Assembly (NCBI GenBank): GCA_002269645.1
Contig: NIVC01003669.1
Coordinates: 1-64,000 of the forward strand
Length of the DNA stretch: 64,000 nucleotides
Direction: 5' to 3'
From: Macrostomum lignano
Taxonomy: Eukaryota
Shown: positions 1-10,578 of the stretch, piece by piece
How the letters are laid out: each line of letters begins with the position of its first letter
Numbering within the stretch: the stretch's first letter is position 1
Made by a program: the position numbers and the translations under genes
The notes under the pieces: model-generated
What the model was told of the DNA's origin: nothing
The model's input: only the letters and a program-made list of their open reading frames with translations
Database searches by the model: none

Positions 1-794
1 GAGGCCGCCGGTCCCTCCTCCAGGTTCGGCACCCGCAGACCAGTCGGCCCGAAAGTTGCCCAGAGCGAGCGGCGCGAAGGCGAGGGTAACGTCAACGGTT
101 CGACCAACTGGCACGGTGCCCGACTCTGGCTCCACGGCGAATGGCAGCAGCGACTCCTCGCGATTGCTCTGCCTAGCCGACTGCGGTCTGGAGCCAGACG
201 CCTGCTCAACGTCCTCCATGACTACCTGCCAGGTGAAGGCAGCGGCCACTCGGCCAGTGTTGACCAACTGCACCTGGTGGAGTCGGCGTTGAAACAGCAG
301 GGTGTCGCGGAACTGCACGGCCGACTCGGCTAGCGGCGCGAGTTTGCAGTGATCGGCCTTGGCCGAGACCAGCAGCTCCAGGCTGCGCTGGCTGTCCGGC
401 AATTCTGAGTGCTCCGGCTCGGCCTCGACTTCCACCACCTTCTTCTTGCGACCGGCTGGTTGGGCCGGTCGACTGGCAGCCAGCGCATGGTCCGCTTGGT
501 GTCGTCCCAGTCAGCCGGCGGGTCTCCTTGTAGGACACCTTGGCGAGCCGGCAGGCGACGGGCTGGGCTCGAATGTCCTGCGCCTGAGCGGCTCGGTAGG
601 TGGCCGCGATGGACTTGCTCTGTCCGGGGCGCAGGTGGCCCACGGTCGCGAGAAGCTAGTCCCGGTTTCGCCGGTGGAGACGGGGAAAGCGAAGCGAACA
701 GTGTCGGTCTGGGAGTGGTTGCACAGCTGGAAGGTCAGCGTCTTCGGCTCCGTCAGGTAGCAGTCGCCGAAGTGCAGGTGGTTGTGCTTGGCGG
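1..794 (-). CDS. HYDIN: Hydin exon (HLHFGDC...GHL.PG...DWDD...FAVEPESG), partial, with single-base frameshifts
   Basis: Clear homology in successive frames. Apparent 1-nt deletions near 649, 522 and 453, and probably 43 and 35. Confidence 0.85.
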
Positions 795-900
795 CTGCGA
801 GAGAGGGAGATCAATGGAGGGTTCCAGTTGCATGAGGCTTGTTGTAGCCTAGGCTGGAGATCTTTAATATCCCTTGCTACTCGTAAAGGGATATTTGGCG

Positions 901-1670
901 TCCCATACTGAGGATCTTCGAGGTCCCATACTGAGGATCTTTGGCGTTCCCATACTAAAGATATTTGAGGTCCCTGCATACTGAGGATCTTTGAGGTCCT
1001 ATACTGAGGATCTTTGAGGTCCCATACTGAGGATCTTTGAGGTCCTATACTGAGGATCTTTGGCGTTCCCATACTGAGGATCTTTGAGGTCCTATACTGA
1101 GGATCTTTGCGTTCCCATACTGAGGATCTTTGAGGTCCTATACTGAGGATCTTTGGCGTTCCCATACTGAGGATCTTTGAGGTCCCATACTGAGGATCTT
1201 TGAGGTCCCATACTGAGGATCTTTGAGGTCCCATACTGAGGATCTTTGAGGTCCCATACTGAGGATCTTTGAGGTCCCATACTGAGGATCTTTGAGGTCC
1301 CATACTGAGGATCTTTGAGGTCCCATACTGAGGATCTTTGGCGTTCCCATACTGAGGATCTTTGAGGTCCCATACTGAGGATCTTTGAGGTCCTATACTG
1401 AGGATCTTTGAGGTCCTATACTGAGGATCTTTGGCGTTCCCATACTAAGGATATTTGAGGTCCCTGCATACTGAGGATCTTTGAGGTCCCATACTGAGGA
1501 TCTCTGAGGTCCCATACTGAGGATCTTTGAGGTCCCTGCATACTGAGGATCTTTGAGGTCCCATACTGAGGATCTCTGAGGTCCCATACTGAGGATCTTT
1601 GAGGTCCCATACTGAGGATCTTTGAGATCCCATACTGAGGATCTTTGGTGTTTCATAATGAGGATCTTTG
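901..1670. repeat. Intronic minisatellite, 23-bp unit CCCATACTGAGGATCTTTGAGGT
   Basis: Direct reading, about 33 copies. Confidence 0.95.
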
Positions 1671-2074
1671 ACAGTCAAATTGCACAAGCAATACGTAATA
1701 CTTTTTTAAAAAGCAAAAGCAGGCTGTTGTGTTACCAAAAGAAAAGTCAAGCGTACGTACGTAATTGCATATAGGGTAGGAAAGCAGTTTTAAAGTGCAA
1801 AGCAGAGGGCATTTCACCAGATGCTCAAGCTAGCATCAATAACAAAGAGCTTGGAAATAAAAAAGTTCTTTTTAGTCTCAAGGTTTTGAGGATTATGTAG
1901 ATAACAGAAGTATTCTGTGAATACTGCCGCTATAAATCACAGATTCGATAGACACTACTGATGCTAACTATAAGTAGCTAGTTGCAAAATAAAAAACGCT
2001 ACAATTTTTAGGAGATTCTACTAAACGCTACAAGGACTATTCCAATAGGCTTTCTAACTCATAGCTGTTTTTAC

Positions 2075-2308
2075 CAAGCCCTTCCAATCGGCTAACACCG
2101 CCTCCAATTCCGTCCCCAGCGCTTCCAGTGCTTCCACCGGAAGTAGCTCGCTGGCGCGACTTTTTAGCGCTGCCTGATTGGCCTGATGTGTTCTGCTGCT
2201 GCTGGTCTGAGCGAGAGCTGCGCCTTGGCGGGGCTTTGCTAGGGCTGGACAGAACTGCAAATTTTGCAGCGGTGCCGACAAGTTGACATGAAGGATGAGG
2301 CAAAGATG
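2075..2308 (-). CDS. Candidate cassette exon (SLPHPS...SDQQQQNTSG...LEGL)
   Basis: TTTCCCCCAG acceptor, GTAAAA donor, 234 nt, symmetric phase 1->1, stop-free. No recognised homology. Confidence 0.35.
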
Positions 2309-2532
2309 CTGGGGGAAATCCAGATACTATTCAAATGCCAATTTAGCCTCTTGCTTTAAGGAAGAAGCAATGTCGTGCAATTCGAGGCAAAGCGACAGAG
2401 AGAAAATTGCAACGTGTGAGTGTTTTGGTAGAACTATCTGTCCTAACAAATGGGCTAGCTGAGCAGCAACCTTAATGTACACTCAATGTACATTACACGA
2501 ACGTTAAACGTACATCTAATGTACACCACAGA

Positions 2533-3215
2533 TACTAAAATCACTAAGTGGGCCACTTAGGCATATATACTTAGTAACACTGCTTTTTACTTTCAGTTCA
2601 GTAGCAAAGAAGAATACATAAGCTATTTTATAAAAAAAAAGCAGCTGAAATGACTGATAAGTTTAAGAAGTCCAAGCTTGCAGGCGTAAACAACTTGCTA
2701 AGCTTTTCAAACCCTTTCTTCGTGCGCACTCCCAAAGACTTGTCTGCTGGGTGGACTCGGTCCTAGCAACGTCCCTGATTCCACCTTTGGGTTGGCGGTG
2801 CCTTAGTCCATAGGCTTGGGTTAGTAGGCAGTTCACACCCAGCCCTAGCCAGGACGTTAGGGTCTAATTAGGGCCTAACCAACTAGTGGGTATCTCGGGC
2901 TTAGGCCCCTGGAAGTGCAGAGCCCTCCCAGGGCTGATCCGCGGTAGCTACAGCTCCCACCCCCGTTTAACAGTAAACAACTTGCTAATTGTTTCAGCAG
3001 TAATGTACATTTGCCAGTCCACTGAAATGTACATGGGCAGCTTTAGGCTGGAAGGCCGAAAAAGGCAATAAAAATTGGGGCGGGGTGAGGTTAGTGTGGA
3101 AAGGCGCGGTTGGATGGTTTAAGCTGTGGGTAAGAGCCAATAAAATGCAATAAAATGCTTCTGCTTAACTTTACTACTGAACTGAAAGTAGCTTACACGC
3201 AAATGTGCTGTGGCC
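2533..3215. repeat. Dispersed repeat, copy 1 (inverted copy at 12376-13403)
   Basis: Colinear reverse-complement similarity over about 400 bp once the insertions are removed. Confidence 0.8.
2702..2972. mobile_element. 271-bp insertion with 16-bp target-site duplication (SINE or truncated-LINE-like)
   Basis: GTAAACAACTTGCTAA at 2686-2701 and 2973-2988. The paralogous repeat copy near 13235-13250 has the motif once (empty site). Confidence 0.75.
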
Positions 3216-3519
3216 AATCTAGTTATAATTTATACGAGTTATGTCTAGCCATTAGCATCTGAGATTTTCACTGAATTTAAAATTCAATACAGTCTGGCTT
3301 TCTGTCCAGTGCAATAAATTAAAGAATAAAAACTAGAAAAAATAGTTTCTGTTCAATGCTTGAATTGCAAATATGAAAAAAGAAATGCAAATAGGCAACA
3401 GATCTCTTAAAATGGGGAATGCGGATAAGGACAGGGCAGGAGGATGGGTTGTTTTTCAGCACAGCAGACGGTGTGAGAGCAAACTGCAATAACCAAGACT
3501 TATTCTTGGTAGAATTTAC

Positions 3520-3552
3520 CTTCCATGTCTTTGTTCTCCTCAGTTGAGCCGG
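3520..3552 (-). CDS. HYDIN: Candidate 33-nt Hydin micro-exon (GSTEENKDME)
   Basis: TTTTATAG acceptor, GTAAAT donor, symmetric phase 1->1. The peptide resembles EDNDME just before HIQFGDC in vertebrate Hydin. Confidence 0.6.
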
Positions 3553-3837
3553 CTATAAAAGTGCAATTTAAATTGTACTCAGTTTTTATTAATTTTGTAA
3601 AGGAAAGATTAGGCAAAATATTAGTTTCTACTTGTCTGTGCAGTCAGAACGGCAACCCAAATCTAAGCGAACACTGCGTGCAGGATTTTTCGCGAGAAAA
3701 TATAAATTTGGCGCTGATTTCCCATTTTACTACTATTTTGGTCAAAATTAGAAAGTAGGAGTTTTTGTTTTGTTTTCTAGCCATTGTTGCTTGAATTAAA
3801 ATAACTGAAGAATTTCAATTTTATCCAAAATCCTCAC

Positions 3838-3964
3838 CGTTCGGGGTCTCCTCGGTCTCCTCAGCCGGGGCCGCAGCGTTGGCCACCTCCTCCGCCAACT
3901 CCTGCTCCAGGTATTCGGTGGGCAGATTCTCAAATGTCACCTCGTCTTCGTAGCCTTCGCCGAC
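3838..3964 (-). CDS. HYDIN: Hydin exon 25 (VGEGYEDEVTFEN...)
   Basis: Conserved VGEGYED; phase 0->1. Confidence 0.88.
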
Positions 3965-4267
3965 CTGCCGGGGTAGGGGAGAGGTAAGATTGACATCTGA
4001 GATTGACACTGGTTTTTAAATCCTACATAGACCACTCGGAAACTATGAAATGCAAATATTTTGTCTGTTTTAGTCTACTTTCAGCGTAGAGGGCGTGAAT
4101 TATTGTCGGATTTTGAGATAACGCGTCAGCTATGTCGGTTTTTGCTATTCATAAATGGATGATGAGTTATGGAAATTTACAATTAGGAAAATCTTCTTTA
4201 TAACCGTGTGATACTTGTCTGTCTATTGAACTCAGTCGAGGCAATATGTGAGACATTGTCAGCTTAC

Positions 4268-4434
4268 CAGGTGTACCAGAGTATCCTCGTACTGATTGTC
4301 CACAACGGCCACCTTGACCTGAGCTGTGGACCGTTGCACCTGGCGCGGCCGATAGACAGCCTCCAGCTCGGCCTCCTGGCCGGGCTCCAGCATCAGCGCG
4401 GCCGTGTGCGGATGGCGCGAGCCGCCTCCGGCTG
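4268..4434 (-). CDS. HYDIN: Hydin exon 24 (HPHTAAL...NQYEDTLVHL)
   Basis: Conserved HTA.L and NQYE; GTAAGC donor, phase 1->0. Confidence 0.9.
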
Positions 4435-4640
4435 CTGGGGGTGACACGAAAAAAATTAGATGCTTGCAGCCAATGGGAAACAAGAACGGGGTTAGGAAAT
4501 ACGGGAGAGTGGGGTGGCTGCGAGACAGACTTGTTGTACGCAGTTGAGGGGTAAAAATTCTAGAAGCCAGCCAATCAGCTGTGTTTGGCGGATAGGAGAT
4601 GGGTGGCTATGAATAGTTTAAAATTGAAACTCAATATCTT

Positions 4641-4727
4641 GCTAGCAACACATCCGGCTAGCAACACGTCCGGCTAGCAAAACATCCGGCTAGCAACACA
4701 TCCGGCTAGCAACACATCCGGGTAGCA
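4641..4727. repeat. Intronic minisatellite, 16-bp unit GGCTAGCAACACATCC
   Basis: About 5 copies. Confidence 0.9.
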
Positions 4728-4748
4728 AGACACCCTTTTCCGACTCAC

Positions 4749-5542
4749 TTTCTGTCGCTCCGTAGGTCATCAGCGCGCGAGTCTCGTCGGCGGCCGGCTC
4801 CAGCCGGAAGCAGCCATCCGGATCGGTCAGGTCCAGGTGCACCCTGGCCGGCAGGCTGCCGTCGTTGTACAGCGCCACCCGGAGTCGCTGCTCGCGGCCG
4901 ACCAGCAGCTTGCGGAACAGACAGAGCGGCTGGCCGCGCTTGTTCCTCGCCGTCGGCCGAGTCACCGACACCCTCGGTAAGTTGCCCTCGCCGCTCAACT
5001 CGAACGTCAGGCTGCGGCCCTTCGCCAGGCTCACCGGCCCGCTGATTGCCGCTTCGAACACAGCCGCGAAGGTGTGCATCGACGGCGGGCTGAAGTGCAC
5101 GGTGACGAAGGTGTGCCCGCTGGCCGGGATCTGCGCCTTAGTCGGCTCCAGCTCGAACATCTCCACGCCGGACCCGGAGGCTCCGCCGCTGCCGCCGCCA
5201 GCGGCTGACGACGACTTGCCGCCACCGCCGCCTCCGCCGCCTCCGCCGGCGCCTCGTTGAGAAACTTGGCGAAGCCCGAATGTGACGTCGACGTGGATTC
5301 TTGTCGGGTTGGACACGCGGAATCGAGCCGAGGACCGACAGCCGACCAGAACGCTGTTGAACACGAATCGGTTCTCCGCCTCTCCGTAGACCCCGCCGTG
5401 ACCAGCCGGCGAGTAGGCATTGTACAGGCTGAGACTGCGGCACACGCGATGCTCCTCGAATATGCTGGCCCAATCGGTGGTGTTGATCACCGGGACGAAG
5501 GCCTCACCAACCAGGCGGTAGCGAATGCCGCCGATGTTGTCT
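4749..5542 (-). CDS. HYDIN: Hydin exon 23 (DNIGGIRY...GEGNLPRV...ATE)
   Basis: Conserved IFEEH, GEGNLPRV and LF(R/K).LL.G; phase 2->1. Confidence 0.92.
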
Positions 5543-5683
5543 CTGCGGTAGGGTGAATAAGATATTTGTGAGGCTGGGGCACTCCCGTAGCTGGTAGATC
5601 TACGTAACGTATAACCTGTACTCAAAATACACTCCATTTCAAAGTCACCTCATCTCAAAGACCCATCTCTCCCCTCAGCTCAC

Positions 5684-5863
5684 CTGTCTATCGCCGGATC
5701 TCGATCAGCGATGTCAATTAGCAGCTCTTCGTCGCAGCGACCTTCAGATTCGGCGATCAAGTCGACTTGCACAACTTTGGCGGTGCCGGGCGGCACAACG
5801 TCGGCTGCGGGCTGAATCTGGAAGGCGCCGGCCTGCAGCTTGCCCTGACCGCCGGCCTCGGCT
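5684..5863 (-). CDS. HYDIN: Hydin exon 22 (AEAGGQGKLQAGAF...LIDIADRDP)
   Basis: Hand-found. CCGCAG acceptor, GTGAGC donor, 180 nt. Matches Hydin GQARF..GMF...IDISGRDP. Confidence 0.85.
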
Positions 5864-5949
5864 CTGCGGCACAGAGTTGAGAAGAAGCGTTGCTTCAGCA
5901 GACTGTCTATGGCAATTCTGGTAAATCCATTTCTGTGTGAAAGCTTACA

Positions 5950-7260
5950 GCTGAAACTTTGGAATTCCTCGGAATCTATGGGAAATCCCTGTATCTTTTG
6001 GGAATCCTCAGAATCTATGGGAAATATGTGTATCTTTTGGGAATCCTCAGAATCTATGGGAAATATTTTAATCTTTGGGGAATCCTGTGTATCTTTTGGG
6101 AAATATTTTAATCTTTGGGGAATCCTGTGTATCTTTTGGGAATCCTCGAATCTATGGGAAATCCCTGTATCTTTTGGGAATCCTCAGAATCTATGGGAAA
6201 CCTGTGTATCTTTTGGGAATCCTCGAATCTTTGGGAAATCCCTGTATCTTTTGGGAGTCCTCAGAATCTATGGGAAACCTGTGTATCTTTTGGAAATCCT
6301 CAGAATCTTTGGGAAATCCCTGTATCTTTTGGGAATCCTCAGAATCTATGGGAAACCTGTGTATCTTTTGGAAATCCTCAGAATCTTTGGGAAATCCCTG
6401 TATCTTTTTGGAATACTCAGAATCTATGGGAAATCTGTGTATCTTTGGGGAATCCTCAGAATCCATGGGAAATCCCTGTATCTTTTGGGAATCCTCAGAA
6501 TCCATGGGAAATCCCTGTATCTTTGGGGAATCCTCAGAATCTATGGGAAATCTGTGTATCTTGTGGAATCCTCGAATCTATGGGAAATCCCTGTATCTTT
6601 TGGGAATCCTCAGAGTCTATGGGAAATCCCTGTATCTTTGGGAATCCTCAGAATCTATGGGAAATCCCTGTATCTTTTGGGAATCCTCAGAATCCATGGG
6701 AAATCCCTGTGTTTTGGGAATCCTCAGAGTCTATGGGAAATCCCTGTATCTTTGGGGAATCCTCGAATCTATGGGAAATCCCTGTATCTTTTGGGAATCC
6801 TCAGAGTCTATGGGAAATCCCTGTATCTTTGGGGAATCCTCAGAATCTATGGGAAATCCCTGTATCTTTTGGGAATCCTCAGAATCCATGGGAAATCCCT
6901 GTATTTTGGGAATCCTCAGAGTCTATGGGAAATCCCTGTATCTTTGGGGAATCCTCAGAATCTATGGGAAATCCCTGTATCTTTTGGGAATCCTCAGAGT
7001 CTATGGGAAATCCCTGTATCTTTTGGGAATCCTCAGAGTCTATGGGAAATCCCTGTATCTTTTGGGAATCCTCAGAGTCTATGGGAAATCCCTGTATCTT
7101 TTGGGAATCCTCAGAATCCATGGGAAATCCCTGTGTTTTGGGAATCCTCAGAATCTATGGGAAATCCCTGTATCTTTAATGAATCCTCAAGATCTATGGG
7201 AAACCCCTGGATCTCTGTAAAAAGTCCCCTAATCTACAGGAAATCTCTGGATCTGTAGGA
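5950..7260. repeat. Intronic minisatellite, about 39-bp unit GGGAATCCTCAGAATCTATGGGAAATCCCTGTATCTTTT
   Basis: About 33 copies, degenerate at the edges. Confidence 0.95.
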
Positions 7261-8370
7261 AATTCCCCTAACCTGTATCAAAGGGAAATCTCCGTATTCC
7301 TGAGAAATACCTAAAACCGGGGAAAATCTTTCGACCTATGTAAAATCCCTGTCTGGGTCCGAAATGAGAGCTTCCCAGTGATACTTATGCGAACTGGCCA
7401 TATTGCTAAGGCGCTATATGATGCTTCTAAAAATAGCATCAAGCATCAAAATTTTATAATTTCCCTTTCCAATAGCGATAGCGATAGCACTGGGTTAAAG
7501 CGGCATCAATCAAAGGAAAAGTGGAAATCAAAAAATTAAAAAAGTAAAAGGCTAACAATATTCATGAAAGATTAACCGCAGAAAATTACGCAGAATCTTA
7601 GCAAATAAATCAATATTTAGGATAGGCTCAGAGTCAGAATCAAAGATTTTTTAAACCATTCCAAGAAAGCCCCAGAAAACAAAGAAGACGACTAGTAAAA
7701 ATTCAAACAGATTTTCTAAGAAAGCTGCCAGACTAATTAAGCGGATGGGGTACCGGATTCGTTCCAGCTGACGCGGGAAGACAGGCCTCGATTCGGTTCG
7801 AGCGCTCTGTTTGGTTCGCTGCAACACATTTTAGTTATTATTGATGTATATATTTAAGGTTTATCTGCCTACTGGTACTGTGGACGGAAGGGACATTTGA
7901 CTATGGACAGGTGCGAGAATTTTTTACAACTTATTGAGCGAATAATTTTTAAGAAATTCTCAATTGAAAACTGCCTTACACACAATTAAGATGATTGCAG
8001 GTTAATTAACTGATAAGGAAAAAGATGTTTTACTACCTGAGTGGGGTTAATAATTATTATCATACCTGCTTATTGCTTTCTATAAAGAATGGCATATACT
8101 GTATTTACTTGATAAGGTTCGGCTAGACTAAGCATGCTAAAATATATTTGCTAATAGTAAGAAAAAATTGGTTAAATTATCATTGTTATGAGCTCGCGCA
8201 AACGTTAAAAAAATCAAATAAGAAAGCCCAATCAGTATCAGTACATCGGATCAAGGTTAAAGGTTCGTGTTAGTAAGAACGTAATTAGCAATCTACGGGT
8301 TGTAAAATTTTTATTAACAAATTTAATATCTACAGATTTTAAAACACTGGATAGGCCACTTTCTATCAAT

Positions 8371-8637
8371 GCATTTTGTCCCTTTTGGTCATAGACAAGA
8401 TCTCGGAGCCAATAAAAACGCGGGTTTAACTCCCCTTTTGCATGTCGTCCCTTTTGGCCATACACAAAAGCTCAGAGCCAATTAAAATGCGGGTTTAACT
8501 CTCCATTTGCATCTCGTCCCTTTTGGCCATAGACAAAAGCTCGGAGCCAATTAAAACGCGGGTTTAACTCTCCATTTGCATCTCGTCCCTTTTGGCCATA
8601 GACAAAAGCTCGGAGCCAATTAAAACGCGGGTTTAAT
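8371..8637. repeat. Intronic tandem repeat, 69-bp unit
   Basis: About 4 copies; period 69 (8449, 8518). Confidence 0.9.
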
Positions 8638-8741
8638 CTAAGCAGTGTCATCAACTAAGAGAGCGGCGCATCGAGTGTTTTAGTATCTGTTCTCAGCTGT
8701 TTAAAAGTACAAATTTGTTTCGGGAGAGAAATGAAGCTGAC

Positions 8742-8831
8742 CTGATGGCTTCCACTTTTTTCGGTTTGACTACCGACCGGCCCGAGCTCGAGCCGTCGCG
8801 TGACTTTGACCGCTTGAGAGGCGCAGGCAGG
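8742..8831 (-). CDS. HYDIN: Hydin exon 21 (LPAPLKRSKSRDGSSSGRSVVKPKKVEAI)
   Basis: Hand-found. TTTCACAG acceptor, GTCAGC donor, 90 nt. Phase 2->2 links exons 20 and 22. Confidence 0.75.
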
Positions 8832-9832
8832 CTGTGAAATTAAATTATAAAACATCGGTGAATACATTCATATGGAACGCGTGACACGAAAGTTAAGTGA
8901 TTTTGTGAACGGAGCAAAAAAGCTACGCACAGAGTACATGATTTTTTGACAAAAATTTTAACTGGGTTAGGAAGAAAGGCCTATGCATTCTCATAAACAG
9001 TTTACATTCTGCCGAGGCCTTTGGAGCCCCTGCCGAACTGCCCGGGGCCTTGCTGGCAGCGGCAAGGTTGGCTCTGGATGCCATCAGCTGCTGCTGCGAG
9101 CTGCTGCTGTCTTTAAGGCCGTTACTAGGTGAAATCTCTGTCTGCTGCTGTTGTGGCTGCTGCTGCTGCTGACTGTGAAATGTGCCCGAAAATTTCCAAC
9201 AATTTTTTTATTTTCGGTTCCGAGTTATTTGCTTTTTGAGTTGTTATTTCCCAAATTCAATGGATCCTATTTTCGTGCATTGAATCTATTTATAGATTTT
9301 TTTCTGGATTCCCTTGTGTGTACGCATCTCGCCAAATCTATTTATAGCTCTTTTTTGGATTTCCCTCCCCCGTGCGTACACACAACCACTGTAGATCCTA
9401 TTCGTAAATACTTTTATCTGGGACTTCCCCCAAGTTATTTATAGACTCTGCTAAGTGGACTGATTTCACATTTCCTTTCCTTTATTGGTCACATATTCTG
9501 ATTTTTTGCACTTGCTTAGACAATTCATCAACAGACAACATTGAAGCGCACACCAACTATACAACTTAAAAGTACATACAATCTTACAAAATAGTACAAA
9601 TATTATAAGACAACATTAGAATCTGCCAACTGAACAAATGGGCAGCACAGACAGGCTTTTTTGTCAGCACCAAACAGGCGAGTATTGAAATAAGGGTGAC
9701 AAGGTTGAACTGAATGCAACACACATAGCGGTAGATTGCGATTCAAAATAGAATCCAGCCATCAGGCCACTGCTGCTGGGGCACAGCAACTGGTATCATA
9801 CATATAACACACTAATAATGGGGGAGGTCTAA

Positions 9833-9876
9833 CCTCGAGACCGGTTTCTGGCTTGTTCGCCTTCGTCAGTTGCGCA
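9833..9876 (-). ncRNA. Degenerate minimal type-I hammerhead ribozyme motif
   Basis: CTGACGA-aGGC(gaacaa)GCCa-GAAA-CCGG-TC with palindromic stem III (ACCGGT). Stem I pairs only 3/6 and the stem II closing pair is A.A. Confidence 0.4.
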
Positions 9877-10578
9877 CAGACTGACTTTCTTTTATGGCGA
9901 AATTTTTCGGGCTACTGTGAGAGATTTTACGATTCAAATCTTTATTCGTCTACTTTTCTCAGTAGTCTAAATTGGATCTTTCGCAATCCATCATCTGAAA
10001 ACATCTAGGAATTGTCGACTGGGGGAGGCCAAATTTATAATAAAAAATAATCTTGCTTAATGGGGCGCAGGTGCGAACAGAGAAAGGGAGAGGGTTGACG
10101 GGCAACACGCCAACAGAGCTTGCTTTATATATACTTACTATCAACGGAGGATAGCCGGAACCATTAAATAAGCACACAAAAAAGCATTATCCACACGGGG
10201 CTAAGCGGACGCAAACGCGAAAGCAAATACACGAAAGCACACAAATTACTCTACTGACTTATCAAATCTGGAACTCAGCCAGCTCCAGTTGAGCACTCTG
10301 CGCGTGTGGGAAATCGAAAATTTTAATCATTGAATTCGCACGTCAAGACCGATCAATTCACCGTAAACGGTGATTTTGCAATGATTTCTAGGAAAAAATT
10401 GTCGCCATTTTAAAGTACGAGCATGACGTATTTTCCTACCCAGCCGGCGGAACGACCGCTTCGCTAAAAATGCAAACCATATGCGATGCAGGGAGTTCAA
10501 TTGACAGGCATATGTTCAACAGGTGTTTCAGGTAATTCTCAAGACGATAGCTCAAGTAGATGCATGAGTCGGACTCAC

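Noticed and set aside
2702-2972. Possible HDV-like ribozyme in the 271-bp insertion (7-bp G.U-initiated helices on both strands)
   Set aside because: By eye, P2, P3/L3 and P1.1 could not be built consistently on either strand.
8371-8637. CRISPR-like appearance of regularly spaced repeats (also 51598-51910 and 53385-54050)
   Set aside because: Units are contiguous with no unique spacers, there are no cas genes, and the context is eukaryotic and intronic or intergenic.
9959-10177. Short ORF with a 'GYPPLIV' motif near the hammerhead, reminiscent of Penelope RT C-terminal NGYP
   Set aside because: Similarity is limited to four or five residues, with no RT or GIY-YIG motifs in any frame examined.
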